From Candidatus Multivoradales bacterium (GTDB lineage Bacteria > Acidobacteriota > Thermoanaerobaculia > Multivoradales > J023), in NCBI GenBank assembly GCA_965248925.1, contig CBDFLE010000005.1:160001-224000 (forward strand): DNA of 64,000 nucleotides, read 5' to 3'. The notes beneath the pieces are model-generated. The model worked only from the letters and a program-made list of their open reading frames with translations. It searched no databases and was not told where the DNA came from. Positions 26,596 to 37,178 of this stretch are shown piece after piece (the stretch's first letter is position 1; every line of letters begins with the position of its first letter). The translations under genes and the position numbers were made by a program.

Positions 26596-29500
26596 ATGCG
26601 CGAATCTGCCGCCCAGCACCGACCCACATCGTGGGCGCCTGGGGTGCTCTCGGTGCTCTTGTTGGCCTTGCTGCTGGCCCAGTCGGCGGTGGCCGATACG
26701 CCAATGCCCAGTCAGCAGCGCGGCACTAGCGCCGATACCGCCTACCAAGTTGGCCAACTCGATCAGGTCAATCTCTTCAACGGCAATCTGACGGTTCGTT
26801 TGCCCCTCGGCCTCACTTATCCGCTGGGGCCCGAACTGTCCTATGGTTTGGCGCTGGCCTACAACTCGAATGGCTGGGACTCACAGCGCGACTCCTGTCC
26901 CCAGTTGGGTGGCCATGGGGTGGTGAGCTACAACTTCCCGGTTGCCGATGCTAATGCCAATGCTGGCTTTGGCTGGCACTTGCATCTTGGGCGGTTGCTA
27001 GCCTCGGAGCCGGTGCCGGGAGTGCCACAGAATTGGGGCTATTTGAGTCCGGACGGTGGCCAACATACGTTTTACGATTCTCTGCATCCGGGCCCAGAGG
27101 GCAGTTTGTTGCCGTCTGCTGGCGCGCAGCCCGGAGTTCGCTTCACCAAAGACGGCACCTATCTGCGCCTGCGGGAGCACCCTCAGAGTTCTACCTTCTG
27201 CACCACCCCGGTTGGCTTCGCTGGCAGTTGCCGAACGGTGGAGTTCCCCGACGGACGGGTCCATGAGTTTCACAATTTCGGCGATGCGGTGGCCAGCGAT
27301 TGGCGGGTCACCCGGCAGCGCGATCGCTTCGCCAACTTCCTCGACATCCGCTATCCGTCGGACGACCTCTGGCGGCTGACCGATTCATCGGGGCGCCGGC
27401 ACCTGGTCGAGCTAGCCGACGGACGGGTCGAGCGTCTGCTGCTCAGCGCGTTTGGTGGCCAGACGGCGGTGATCGACCTGCAGTACCGCCAGCAGTCGAT
27501 CGATCGGCACGCCTACCACCCGCCCGATTGTCTAGGGGTGCCTTCGGCGGCGATCGAGGTGGATCTTCTGCAGCGGGTGGTGCTGCCCGATGGCTCGTTT
27601 CTCGAGTTTGACTACTTTACTAGCGGCGGTCCGGGCGAAGTTCTCTCTGGCGCCCTGGCCGAGCTGCGGCTACCGACCGGCGGTGGTTTTCGCTGGACTT
27701 ATCAGGGCATTGATTTTCGCGCTCAAGCACCGCAAGTTCCGGGGGGTGCCGAGCAATCGCAGATTGTCTATGGCATTCGCTCGAAAGAGGTCTTCAGTGA
27801 CTTGCAGCGACCCGCGGATGCGGTTTGGCGCTATGACTATGAGACCGTTGGCAATCCTTCGGCACCAGGCGAGGAACTGTTCGCCCCCTGTTTTCACACC
27901 CTCACCTTGACTGATCCACTGGGCAACGACACCCAGCACTTCTTTTCCACCGCAAACCGCTTGGGGTGGAAATTCGGCCTGCCGTTTACCGCTTGCGACC
28001 CAACCCGCCCAGGCTCGTTCTCACTCGACGGCCCCTACTTGTCGCAGCGGCTCTATGCCGGCGCGGTGGCGAATGGCGCTGTGCTGCGCTCGGTGTGGGT
28101 AGATTACGCCAGTGATGGTGCCAACACCGGCCAGCACCAAGACCGCAACTACCGGCTGAACTACCGCAAGGTGGTCTACCACGACGACGACGGGCGGTAC
28201 AAGGAGGTCACTTACTCCGACTTTGATGGTCTCGGTAACTTCAGGATCGCTACCACCGGCGGTAACTTCGGCAGCGGAGACCAGAAGACTACGACCACTG
28301 CCTACAACCCTGGCCGTGGCAGCTACCGCTTGCTCAGTGAGTTCCCTGTGGTGGTGGATGCCACTACCGACCTTGAGATCCCCTTGGCCGATCAGCCCTG
28401 GTTGTTACAGCTCTACGATCAGCGTCGAGTGGCGGAAGGTTCGCGGGTTCAGGTCACTGAGCAATGCCTCGATCCAGCTACCGGCTTTCTCCTTCGGCTA
28501 CGGCAGCTGGCTGGCGATCGGCAAGCGAGTCATGACGTGATCACGGAGTTCAGATCCGAGATGGTCGGTCCGCGGGCGACCGGTTGGCCCGCTCGGGAGT
28601 TGACCTATGGCGGCGATGACCAGGCGCAATTGGCAAGCGGTAGCTTGTGCCAGTTGCGCTTGCCTCAGAGGCCGCGCTACGAGCGTCGACAGAAGTATCA
28701 ATTTGGTGCCCGGGCGCGGGTTAGCGCCATTGATTCGAGCACTGGCGGAGAAGTGCTGGTGCTGGAGGATCAGCAGATCGATCGCTCAAGTGGTTTGCCG
28801 GCCTTGCTCCGCGACTCGGCTGGAGTTGAGACTGAATTGGTTTGGGATGCTCTCGGTCGGCAGCTCGCCGAGCGGGAGGAAGACGGTGTTTGGACCTCGT
28901 ATGAGTATCGCCTGCCGACGGTCGAACGTCCCTTGTTACAGCCTTGGCTAACCATCAGGGATTGCCGCCCTGGGCTGTCCACTTGCGAGAATGCCGATCA
29001 GCTTGGCTGGCGCCGGCACCGTTTCGACGGCCTTGGCCGGCCGGTGATGGAAGAGGTGCGGATCCCGGAAGACAACGACATCGTGATTCACTCACGCCAG
29101 CTGACCTTCAATCCGATGGGGTGGAAACTCGGCGAGTCGGCCTGGGATCAGCCGGACTTGGTGACTGCCTACTCCGCCTACGACCGCTTCGGACGAGTGG
29201 GCAGAGTCAAACCGCCGGCATCGCCAGCGATGCGTTTTACCTACCGCGGCGATCGGCTGAAGACCACGGAACACCAGGTGATGCTGCCGGGAAACTCACA
29301 GCAGCCGTCTTTCACCACCCGCCAGTTTGACCGCCAAGGACGCTTGGTAGAGGTGTGCGAAGGTGACGATCAACCTTGGCAAGGAGCCTGTGGCAGAGGA
29401 GTTAAGACCCGCTATGGCTGGGATGCCGGGCGCCACCTGAGCTGGGTCTGTAGCGCTGCTCAGGGCCAGGATTGCGCTCAGCGGCGGGACTTCGTCTACG

Positions 29501-31704
29501 ACGGACGAGGTTTCTTGGTCGCCGACCGGCAGCCGGAAGTCGGCCCTAGTGGTAACGGCTGGACCACCTTTGCCTATGACGCCAAGGGCCATATTTTGGG
29601 CCGGCGGATCGAAGCTGCCTCGCAGCTCGACTTGAGTTGGACCTACGACAGCGCCGGTCGACTGCTGAAGGTCGAGGGAGTCGCTGCCGACGGCTCGGCC
29701 CGGCCGCTCAAGGGCTGGCGTTACGGTGGGCAGAATGGGTCGGGTGATCTGCGCCGCGGCAAGCTGATCGAAGCGAGCCGCTACAACTGGCTCAGCGACT
29801 CCGATCCCGTGGCGAGTCCACTGGCGGGCAGCTTGTTGGCGACGGTGATCGAGACCTATGTCTACGGCGGCCGCGGTGGTCGCATGTCGAGCCGGCGCAC
29901 GCGCTATGTTGGCACCCGGATGGAGGTGGAGTTCGAGCTCGGTCTGCACTATGACGAACTCGGCCTGCCGGCCACTCTCGACTACCCAGCTTGCACCTTG
30001 GGCTGCTCCGAGGTGGCACCGGCTCGGCGACTGGAGATCCGTCGATTGCTCGGTTTCAGCCGCCAGATTCCAGGTTTTGCCGATTCGATTTCTTACCAGT
30101 CGGGGGGGATGGTGCGGCGGGTGGCGCATGCCAACGGGGTCGCTTGGACTCTCGAGGTGGACCCCAACAACGGCCTGCGGCGGCCCTCGCGCATCGCCAC
30201 CGACCGCGGCTGGGACACCGGCACCTACGACTATGACGGGATGGGCAACATCCACCGCATCGGTTCCCGCACCTTCCGCTACGACCGTCTCGGCCGGCTA
30301 TTGTCCGGGCAAGCTCGGGCAGCTTCCGGCGACCGCCACCAGAACTTCTCCTACGACGATTTCGGCAACCTGACCCAGATGGTGACCGACGGTGTCGAGC
30401 TCCGATTGGAGGTCGATCCGTCCTCCAATCGGCTGGCCGGCGCCGAGACCCGCTACGACGCTGCTGGCAATATGACCGAGCGTGCCTTGACCCCCGAGGC
30501 CACGCCAGCCGTCGCCCATAAGGTGCGCTACAGCTTTGATGCCTTGGGCATGTTGCGGCAGGAGTTGGCCGACAGCGGGGGCTTGCGTTGGCATGTTTAC
30601 GGCATCGACGACGAGCGTTTGCTGTCGGTCGATTGCCAACACGGTAGCTTCAGTAGCTGTCTGGCTGGTGGCCGCCAGACTTGGAGTCTCCGTGGTAAGG
30701 ACAGCGAAGTTCTGCGGGTCTTGGATTTTCAGCCTTCGGCGAGCGGCGGCAGGTGGCGCTGGCAGCAAGACTATGTTTATCGAGATCAACAGCTGCTGGC
30801 GGCGGTGGAGAATGACGGCCGGGGAGGCGAGGCAACCTACCATCTGCACATCGATCATCTCGGCACTCCGCGGCAGATCACCGATCGCTGGGGGCGTACG
30901 GTGAGTGAGCACGCCTTTCTGCCATTTGGCGAGCAGACTCTGGGGGCGGAAGATGGAGGATTCAGTTTGCGCTTCACCGGCCATGAGCGTGATCAAGGTG
31001 TGTTGCAGCTGGACTACATGCACGCGCGCTTCTGCAGCTCAGATTTAGGACGTTTCCTCAGTGTCGATCCAGTGGCTGGCGATCCGGCGACCCCGCAGTC
31101 GTGGAATCGCTACGCCTACGCGCGCAACAACCCACTGCGCTATATCGATCCCAACGGCCGCGATACCGCTCAGGTCTATCTCGACCAAGAGGTGCTCGAT
31201 TTCCTCGAAAAGGGGGATGATCCGGGCTTCCTTGACCCGACTCTGCAAGCCGCGGCGGCCCTTGGTGTGACCTTGATCACCCCAGGGCCCGACGAGTTAC
31301 TGCTCGGTGCCGCGCTCAAGGGAGCACTCAACGGGGCGCGCGCGGGTGGTGCCGTGGCTCGCGGCGGGGCGGCGCTGAAGCGGGTCGCGGCGCGGGTCAA
31401 GAAGGGCGACAAGGCGAGCGATGCCAAAAGCGCGGCCAATGCCCAGCGGTTGCGCAAGGACCTGGCCAATCGACAGCAGGTCGGCGAGTTGCGTAGCAAT
31501 GCCGAGGCCTACGCGGGGGCCGGCACCAAGACGCCGATTCGCGATGCCGACCGCCTGGTTCGTCAGCACGGCGGCCATGCCGATGATTGGGCCAAAGTGC
31601 GCTCCAGCCCGCACAAAGGGGCCGATGGCCGGACCTATGAAGTTCATGCTTACAAGAATGTTCGCACTGGCGAGATCGTCGAGATGCGCACGGCGATTCA
31701 CTGA
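26596..31704 (+). CDS. Rhs/YD-repeat polymorphic toxin with N-terminal signal peptide
   Basis: YD repeats (YDRFGR, YDSAGR, YDGMGN, YDDFGN); core end DHLGTPR...FTGHERD...GRFLSVDP...YARNNPLRYIDPNG; AGGAGG RBS before ATG 26596. Confidence 0.93.
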   Translation: MRESAAQHRPTSWAPGVLSVLLLALLLAQSAVADTPMPSQQRGTSADTAYQVGQLDQVNLFNGNLTVRLPLGLTYPLGPELSYGLALAYNSNGWDSQRDSCPQLGGHGVVSYNFPVADANANAGFGWHLHLGRLLASEPVPGVPQNWGYLSPDGGQHTFYDSLHPGPEGSLLPSAGAQPGVRFTKDGTYLRLREHPQSSTFCTTPVGFAGSCRTVEFPDGRVHEFHNFGDAVASDWRVTRQRDRFANFLDIRYPSDDLWRLTDSSGRRHLVELADGRVERLLLSAFGGQTAVIDLQYRQQSIDRHAYHPPDCLGVPSAAIEVDLLQRVVLPDGSFLEFDYFTSGGPGEVLSGALAELRLPTGGGFRWTYQGIDFRAQAPQVPGGAEQSQIVYGIRSKEVFSDLQRPADAVWRYDYETVGNPSAPGEELFAPCFHTLTLTDPLGNDTQHFFSTANRLGWKFGLPFTACDPTRPGSFSLDGPYLSQRLYAGAVANGAVLRSVWVDYASDGANTGQHQDRNYRLNYRKVVYHDDDGRYKEVTYSDFDGLGNFRIATTGGNFGSGDQKTTTTAYNPGRGSYRLLSEFPVVVDATTDLEIPLADQPWLLQLYDQRRVAEGSRVQVTEQCLDPATGFLLRLRQLAGDRQASHDVITEFRSEMVGPRATGWPARELTYGGDDQAQLASGSLCQLRLPQRPRYERRQKYQFGARARVSAIDSSTGGEVLVLEDQQIDRSSGLPALLRDSAGVETELVWDALGRQLAEREEDGVWTSYEYRLPTVERPLLQPWLTIRDCRPGLSTCENADQLGWRRHRFDGLGRPVMEEVRIPEDNDIVIHSRQLTFNPMGWKLGESAWDQPDLVTAYSAYDRFGRVGRVKPPASPAMRFTYRGDRLKTTEHQVMLPGNSQQPSFTTRQFDRQGRLVEVCEGDDQPWQGACGRGVKTRYGWDAGRHLSWVCSAAQGQDCAQRRDFVYDGRGFLVADRQPEVGPSGNGWTTFAYDAKGHILGRRIEAASQLDLSWTYDSAGRLLKVEGVAADGSARPLKGWRYGGQNGSGDLRRGKLIEASRYNWLSDSDPVASPLAGSLLATVIETYVYGGRGGRMSSRRTRYVGTRMEVEFELGLHYDELGLPATLDYPACTLGCSEVAPARRLEIRRLLGFSRQIPGFADSISYQSGGMVRRVAHANGVAWTLEVDPNNGLRRPSRIATDRGWDTGTYDYDGMGNIHRIGSRTFRYDRLGRLLSGQARAASGDRHQNFSYDDFGNLTQMVTDGVELRLEVDPSSNRLAGAETRYDAAGNMTERALTPEATPAVAHKVRYSFDALGMLRQELADSGGLRWHVYGIDDERLLSVDCQHGSFSSCLAGGRQTWSLRGKDSEVLRVLDFQPSASGGRWRWQQDYVYRDQQLLAAVENDGRGGEATYHLHIDHLGTPRQITDRWGRTVSEHAFLPFGEQTLGAEDGGFSLRFTGHERDQGVLQLDYMHARFCSSDLGRFLSVDPVAGDPATPQSWNRYAYARNNPLRYIDPNGRDTAQVYLDQEVLDFLEKGDDPGFLDPTLQAAAALGVTLITPGPDELLLGAALKGALNGARAGGAVARGGAALKRVAARVKKGDKASDAKSAANAQRLRKDLANRQQVGELRSNAEAYAGAGTKTPIRDADRLVRQHGGHADDWAKVRSSPHKGADGRTYEVHAYKNVRTGEIVEMRTAIH

Positions 31705-31719
31705 GCGGCGGCGGATCGA

Positions 31720-32133
31720 ATGAAAGTCCGCTGTCTCAGCCGGCGCCCTACTCCGGAGCAGATGCGTCGGTTGGGTTTCGACCGCCGCCAACGCAACGAG
31801 TTCGCGGTGACACCGGGAAGGCTCTACACCGTCCTCGGCCTGACCTTCATCGCCAAGTCGGGATTCTTTGGCAGCGGCGTTACCCTGCAGCTGATCGATG
31901 ACTTGGAGCGCTGGTCTCTCAAGCCACTGTGCATTTTCGATATCGAAGATCCACGACCCTCGGGGCTGTGGACTGCCGGGATGCTCGACGACACGGATAT
32001 GGCCCTGTGGCCAGAGTCGTTCTTTCGCGAGGGATACCACGAAGACCTGGTGGCCGGTGTCGCCGAAGTGGTGGCTGACTTCGAGCAGGTTCGGGCTCAG
32101 CTCGAAGCCGAGTTTGCTGACTGCCAGGGTTGA
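31720..32133 (+). CDS. Putative cognate immunity protein
   Basis: 137-aa ORF 15 bp after the Rhs stop on the same strand; function inferred from position. Confidence 0.7.
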   Translation: MKVRCLSRRPTPEQMRRLGFDRRQRNEFAVTPGRLYTVLGLTFIAKSGFFGSGVTLQLIDDLERWSLKPLCIFDIEDPRPSGLWTAGMLDDTDMALWPESFFREGYHEDLVAGVAEVVADFEQVRAQLEAEFADCQG

Positions 32134-32193
32134 TGGGCAGGGAGACTCGCGGTGCAAACCGCCGGTGATAGGTGCCGGTGTTAGGAGCCAGTT

Positions 32194-33333
32194 CTAGCGG
32201 AGCTTGGCTGCGAGGTGCTCGGTGGAGTCCGGTCGGCCGAGATGGTAGCCCTGGCCAAACTCGAAACCGAGTGCCTGACAAGCTTGGGCCTCGGCCTCAT
32301 TCTCGACTCCCTCGGCGACGGCGCTGGATCCCATCTGCACGACCATCTGCACCAGAGACTCGATCAGCGCATGTTTCCTGCGGGAGGCCTGGTGCAGATC
32401 CTTGATCCAGGTGCCGGCAAATTTGACGAATTTGGGCTGCAGGTCAGTGAGTTCAAGCAGACGATTCTGGCCGGTACCAAAATCATCGAAGGCGATGTCG
32501 ATGTCGAGCGGTTCGAGGGTCCGTCGTAGCTTGCCAAAGGCCGCGAGATCCGCCACCGCTGCTTCATGAATCTCGAGCACCATTTGCAGCTTGGGGAATT
32601 CCCGCCGCAACTCGATCAGCGAGGCACAGAGGTCATCCTCCTGATTGAGTTCGTTAGGGTGGGTGTTGAGGAAAATCAGCGGCTTGCCAGGTAGCTGTTT
32701 GCCAGCGCTGGCTCCGAGCTGGCGCAAGGCAACGCTGAGTCGGTTCTCGAGGGCTAGGGACTCGGCGATCGAGAAGAGTTCGTCTGGCGGAAGATCAGTA
32801 CCGCTGAGAGTGCAGCGGCTGAGGGCTTCGTAGCCGATCACCTCACCGCTGGTCAGCCGCACCAAGGGCTGCAACAAAACCCCAAAGCCCTTGCCATCTT
32901 CGAGGGCCTGCTGCAGTTGGCGGCCGTGGCGCAGCCTGGCCAAGGAGATGTCCGAGCTGTGAAGCGTCAGAGTCTTGGCCGGGTTCGGGGTCTCGTAGAG
33001 CGGAAATTGAGTGGCGACCAAGCGGAATTGAAAGTCGGCGAACTGCACGATGTCGCCAATCTCCAGGCGATGTTCGCCGTCGTTAGAGATGCGCTGGCCG
33101 TTGATGAAAGTGCCGTTGGTACTGCCGAGGTCGCGGACCCAGATCTCTTGCCGTTGTAGGAATAGTTCCGCGTGGCGCTGCGAGATGAGCTGAGAATCGG
33201 GAGCCAGATCCGATCCTTGGCGCCGGCCGACGCGGAAGGGAAATGTTTGCAAGGCGGTATGCACCGCCCGCAGCCCATGTTGGAGCTGACCTTCTAGGTA
33301 CCAGGTGTTGGCAGTATCTTCCCCAGGATTCAC
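32194..33333 (-). CDS. FHA + EAL domain protein (putative c-di-GMP phosphodiesterase)
   Basis: FHA (VGR, SQRHA, DLGSTNGT); EAL motifs YEALSR, DDFGTG, AEGVE, QG; start approximate. Confidence 0.9.
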   Translation of the reverse strand: MNPGEDTANTWYLEGQLQHGLRAVHTALQTFPFRVGRRQGSDLAPDSQLISQRHAELFLQRQEIWVRDLGSTNGTFINGQRISNDGEHRLEIGDIVQFADFQFRLVATQFPLYETPNPAKTLTLHSSDISLARLRHGRQLQQALEDGKGFGVLLQPLVRLTSGEVIGYEALSRCTLSGTDLPPDELFSIAESLALENRLSVALRQLGASAGKQLPGKPLIFLNTHPNELNQEDDLCASLIELRREFPKLQMVLEIHEAAVADLAAFGKLRRTLEPLDIDIAFDDFGTGQNRLLELTDLQPKFVKFAGTWIKDLHQASRRKHALIESLVQMVVQMGSSAVAEGVENEAEAQACQALGFEFGQGYHLGRPDSTEHLAAKLR

Positions 33334-33595
33334 GGTCTTCCCCAGGATCCTTGTTCTGCAATCATGGAATAATTTGGCTTCAAGAATAGCTACCTGATTG
33401 TATACCGATTCTGCGACGACAGTAGAGATCTCGCCCGCTGGACTTGCTGCCGGCCCCACGCGCCCCTTGGCGTGGGTAGCTCCAGAGCCCAGAATCGATG
33501 GCTGAGCGCCAAACCCAGGACTTTGAGTCGAGGAGAGAGCAGATGAGGATCTTGGTCCGAGGCAACCCTACCTGTCGCCGCGGCGGTGGCCGCTG

Positions 33596-35065
33596 ATGCG
33601 CCATAGCTCCTTGGCGACCGACCTTTATCAGTTGACCATGGCGGCCGGCTATTGGCGTCAAGGCTTGGCCGATCGGCGGGCGGTATTCCACCTGTTTTTT
33701 CGCCGGCCTCCCTTCGGTGGCGCTTACGCTATTGCCTGTGGTTTGGCGCCTGCGTTGGAGGCCCTGGCCGATCTGCGCTTCGCCAGCGACGATCTGAGCT
33801 ATTTGGCCACACTGCGCGGCAACGACGGCAAGGAGCTGTTTAGCGCCGATTTTCTCGACTACCTGGCGGGGTTTGAGCTCCGCTGCGACCTCGATGCGGT
33901 GGCCGAGGGGACGGTAGTGTTTGCCGGTGAGCCTTTGCTACGAGTCACCGCGCCGCTGCTAGAAGCACAGTTGCTGGAGACCCCGCTGCTCAACGCGCTT
34001 AATTTTCCTAGCCTGGTGGCGACCAAGGCGGCTCGGGTGTGCTGTGCGGCCGGTGGCGATCAGGTGCTCGAGTTTGGTCTGCGCCGCGCTCAAGGGCCGG
34101 ACGGCGCTGCCAGTGCTAGCCGGGCAGCCTGGCTGGGGGGTTGCGCGGCAACCTCGAATGTACTTGCTGGCCAGCGCTGGGGAATCCCGGTCCGCGGTAC
34201 CCATGCCCATAGCTGGGTGCAAGTGTTCGCCGAGGAAGAGGCGGCATTCACCGCCTATGCCGAGGTGATGCCGAACAACTGCGTTTTCTTGGTTGACACC
34301 TATGACACGGTAGGCGGTATTCGCCGAGCTATCGCTGCGGGTCGAGAGTTGGCGCGCCGTGGGCATCGGCTGCTCGGCCTGCGCTTAGATTCGGGTGATC
34401 TTCTTCGCCTGAGTCGCCTTGCCCGGCAGCAGCTCGACCAGGCTGGCTTCACCGCGGCGAAGGTCATCGCTTCGAACGATCTCGACGAATATCGCATCAC
34501 CGAGCTCAAGGCTGCCGGGGCGGCCATCGATGTTTGGGGAGTCGGCACCCGCTTGGTGACCGCCTGGGATGAGCCAGCTCTTGGCGGGGTGTTCAAGCTC
34601 GCCGCCCTCGAGCGAGCAGAGGGCGGCTGGCGGCCGGTGATCAAAGTGTCGGACGACCTGGCCAAGTGCTCGACTCCGGGACGGCAGCAAGTGCGTCGGT
34701 ACTATCGAGATGAGACAGCGGTTGGCGACCTGATCTATGATCTGGACGCTGGCATCGACGACTCGGCGGCGGATTTCGAGACTGGGCCGACGGGACAGCA
34801 GCGGGTAGCAGGCGACCGTTGGCGGGATTTGCTGCAGCCGGTGCTGCGCGGCGGCGTGCAGATTGATCAGCCGCCGCCGCTCAGCGACAGTCGGCAACTC
34901 GTTGCCAGCGAGCTCGCCTCGATGCCCTCCGCAGTGCGCCGTCTGCGCGGTGCCGCGGCTTACCCTGTGCGGTTGGAGGCCGAACTCGACCGCCTCCGCC
35001 AACGCTTGATCGCCGAGCACCGGGCCGTAGACCAAAGTCTTGCAGAGACTGGAGAGAGAGCATGA
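33596..35065 (+). CDS. pncB: Nicotinate phosphoribosyltransferase
   Basis: [40 protein letters not shown]. Confidence 0.96.
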   Translation: MRHSSLATDLYQLTMAAGYWRQGLADRRAVFHLFFRRPPFGGAYAIACGLAPALEALADLRFASDDLSYLATLRGNDGKELFSADFLDYLAGFELRCDLDAVAEGTVVFAGEPLLRVTAPLLEAQLLETPLLNALNFPSLVATKAARVCCAAGGDQVLEFGLRRAQGPDGAASASRAAWLGGCAATSNVLAGQRWGIPVRGTHAHSWVQVFAEEEAAFTAYAEVMPNNCVFLVDTYDTVGGIRRAIAAGRELARRGHRLLGLRLDSGDLLRLSRLARQQLDQAGFTAAKVIASNDLDEYRITELKAAGAAIDVWGVGTRLVTAWDEPALGGVFKLAALERAEGGWRPVIKVSDDLAKCSTPGRQQVRRYYRDETAVGDLIYDLDAGIDDSAADFETGPTGQQRVAGDRWRDLLQPVLRGGVQIDQPPPLSDSRQLVASELASMPSAVRRLRGAAAYPVRLEAELDRLRQRLIAEHRAVDQSLAETGERA

Positions 35066-37053
35066 AGTTGATCAAAGTCGGAGCCGCCGTGCTCAACCAA
35101 ACACCACTCGATTGGCTAGGCAACCAGCGTCGTATTCTGCGTGCTGTTAAGGCGGCGCGCGAAGAGCGCACGGCGATACTCTGCCTACCGGAATTGGCAA
35201 TCACCGGTCACGGTTGCGAGGACGCCTTCTTGTCGCCGCAGGTACAGCATGCGGCTCTCGACATGCTGGTCGAAGTGGCTGAAGAATGTCATGAGATGGT
35301 GGTGGCGGTGGGCTTGCCCTTGCTCTACCGCAAAGCCCTTTTCGACGTCGTCTGCCTGGTTGCGGAGGGGCGTATCGTCGGTTTTACCGCCAAACGCTAC
35401 TTGGCCGGCGACGGGCTTTACTACGAGCCGCGTTGGTTCAAGGCCTGGCCCGAAGGTGAGCAAGGTGAGGTCGAGATCGCTGGTGAACGCTATCCGATCG
35501 GCGATTTGACCTACGACTGCGGCGGTGTGCGTCTTGGTTTCGAGATCTGCGAGGATGCCTGGGTGGCCGAGCGGCCGGGGAGTCAGCTGGCCGCTCGCGG
35601 CGTCGATCTGATCTTGAATCCCAGCGCCAGCCATTTCGCTTTCGGCAAGTACCGCATCCGGCGCCGCTTCGTCTTGGAAGGCTCGCGCGCCTTCGCCGCC
35701 GGCTATATCTATGCCAACTTGCTCGGCAATGAAGCTGGGCGGGCGATCTTCGATGGCGGTGCGTTGATCGCTTCTGGCGGTCGCATGTTGGCCGAGGGCT
35801 CCCGTTTCTCGTTCTCGGAATTGGAATTGACCACGGCGGTGATCGACGTCGAGCGCAATCGCATGCTGCAAAGTCGGGTGGGCAGCTTTCGGCCTGACAC
35901 CGGCGCCGGCCCGGCCGAAATTCATGGCCCGCTCGAGTTGCCGGACATCTGGTTGGCGGAGACCGAGGGTGACGACGGGGTGATGGTGACCGCCGAGCAC
36001 GAGAAAGAGGAAGAATTCACCTATGCGGTGTGCCTCGGCTTGTTCGACTACTTGCGCAAGAGCCGCTCGCGGGGATTTGTGGTGTCGCTATCCGGCGGCG
36101 CTGATTCCACCGCGGTCAGCTGTCTGGTGGCCACCATGGTGCGCCTGGCCGAGAGTGAGTTGGGGCGAGAGCGGCTGCGGCGGCGCTTGCGCCAAATTGC
36201 CGACCTGGACCAAGAAGGCGAGGTCGAAGACTTGGTTCACCGCCTTCTGCTGTGCGTTTACCAGGCCAGCCAGCACAGCTCCGAGGAAACTCGTGGTGCC
36301 GCGCGGACGGTGGCCGAAGCCCTCGGCGCCGAGTACGTGGTGCTGGAAATCGAGCCCCTGGTAGAGAGCTATACCGAACTGATCTCCAAAGCCATAGACC
36401 GCCAGCTGAACTGGGAAGACGATGACATCGCATTGCAGAACATCCAAGCACGAGTGCGCTCGCCGGGCGTTTGGCTGTTGGCCAACCTGCGTGGTGCCCT
36501 GCTCCTGGCGACCAGCAACCGCTCTGAGGCAGCGGTCGGCTACGCCACCATGGACGGCGACACTAGTGGTGGACTGAGCCCGATCGGAGGTATCGACAAG
36601 GCGTTTCTGCGCCATTGGTTGCGGTGGATGGAAGAGCATGGACCCATGGGCTTGGCGCCGATTCCTCAACTGGCGGCGGTGAACTCTCTCGAGCCCACGG
36701 CTGAACTGCGTCCTGCCGCGGCGGGTCAGACCGACGAACAGGATCTGATGCCCTATGATCTGCTCGACGCCATCGAGCGGGCAGCGATTCGCGACAAGCG
36801 GGTTCCAGTCGAGGTCTACCGCGTGATGCGGGCGCGCTTCCCGCGCCTCCACCGGCAACAGCTCGCCGAGTGGATCGAGCGTTTTTTCCGCCTGTGGTGC
36901 CGCAACCAGTGGAAGCGCGAGCGCTACGCGCCATCTTTCCACCTCGACGATCAGAATTTGGACCCCAAGACCTGGTGTCGCTTTCCCATTCTCTCGGGCG
37001 GTTTCGAGCGCGAGTTGATGGAACTCAGCGCCTTCCTAGCAGCCGAAGGGTGA
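35062..37053 (+). CDS. nadE: Glutamine-dependent NAD+ synthetase
   Basis: Nitrilase domain (PEL, K, EICED) plus SGGADS, QNIQAR, PTAEL, WKR. Confidence 0.96.
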   Translation: MKLIKVGAAVLNQTPLDWLGNQRRILRAVKAAREERTAILCLPELAITGHGCEDAFLSPQVQHAALDMLVEVAEECHEMVVAVGLPLLYRKALFDVVCLVAEGRIVGFTAKRYLAGDGLYYEPRWFKAWPEGEQGEVEIAGERYPIGDLTYDCGGVRLGFEICEDAWVAERPGSQLAARGVDLILNPSASHFAFGKYRIRRRFVLEGSRAFAAGYIYANLLGNEAGRAIFDGGALIASGGRMLAEGSRFSFSELELTTAVIDVERNRMLQSRVGSFRPDTGAGPAEIHGPLELPDIWLAETEGDDGVMVTAEHEKEEEFTYAVCLGLFDYLRKSRSRGFVVSLSGGADSTAVSCLVATMVRLAESELGRERLRRRLRQIADLDQEGEVEDLVHRLLLCVYQASQHSSEETRGAARTVAEALGAEYVVLEIEPLVESYTELISKAIDRQLNWEDDDIALQNIQARVRSPGVWLLANLRGALLLATSNRSEAAVGYATMDGDTSGGLSPIGGIDKAFLRHWLRWMEEHGPMGLAPIPQLAAVNSLEPTAELRPAAAGQTDEQDLMPYDLLDAIERAAIRDKRVPVEVYRVMRARFPRLHRQQLAEWIERFFRLWCRNQWKRERYAPSFHLDDQNLDPKTWCRFPILSGGFERELMELSAFLAAEG

Positions 37054-37101
37054 GCCTTCTTCAGGTGTCAGCGGGCGTCTCCCCGTCAGTGATTGTCGTT
37101 C

Positions 37102-37154
37102 TTATGCTCCGGATGAGCTTAACTGTGATAGGGTTATGCTCTTCCTGAGCCTAA
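37102..37154. promoter_or_regulatory. Two tandem 21-bp palindromes TTATGCTC-N5-GAGC(T/C)TAA, NrtR-like operators
   Basis: Copies at 37102-37122 and 37134-37154 just upstream of pncA; CT-N7-AG core as in NrtR boxes. Confidence 0.75.
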
Positions 37155-37178
37155 TGAACGTTGACGGAGGACAGCCAG

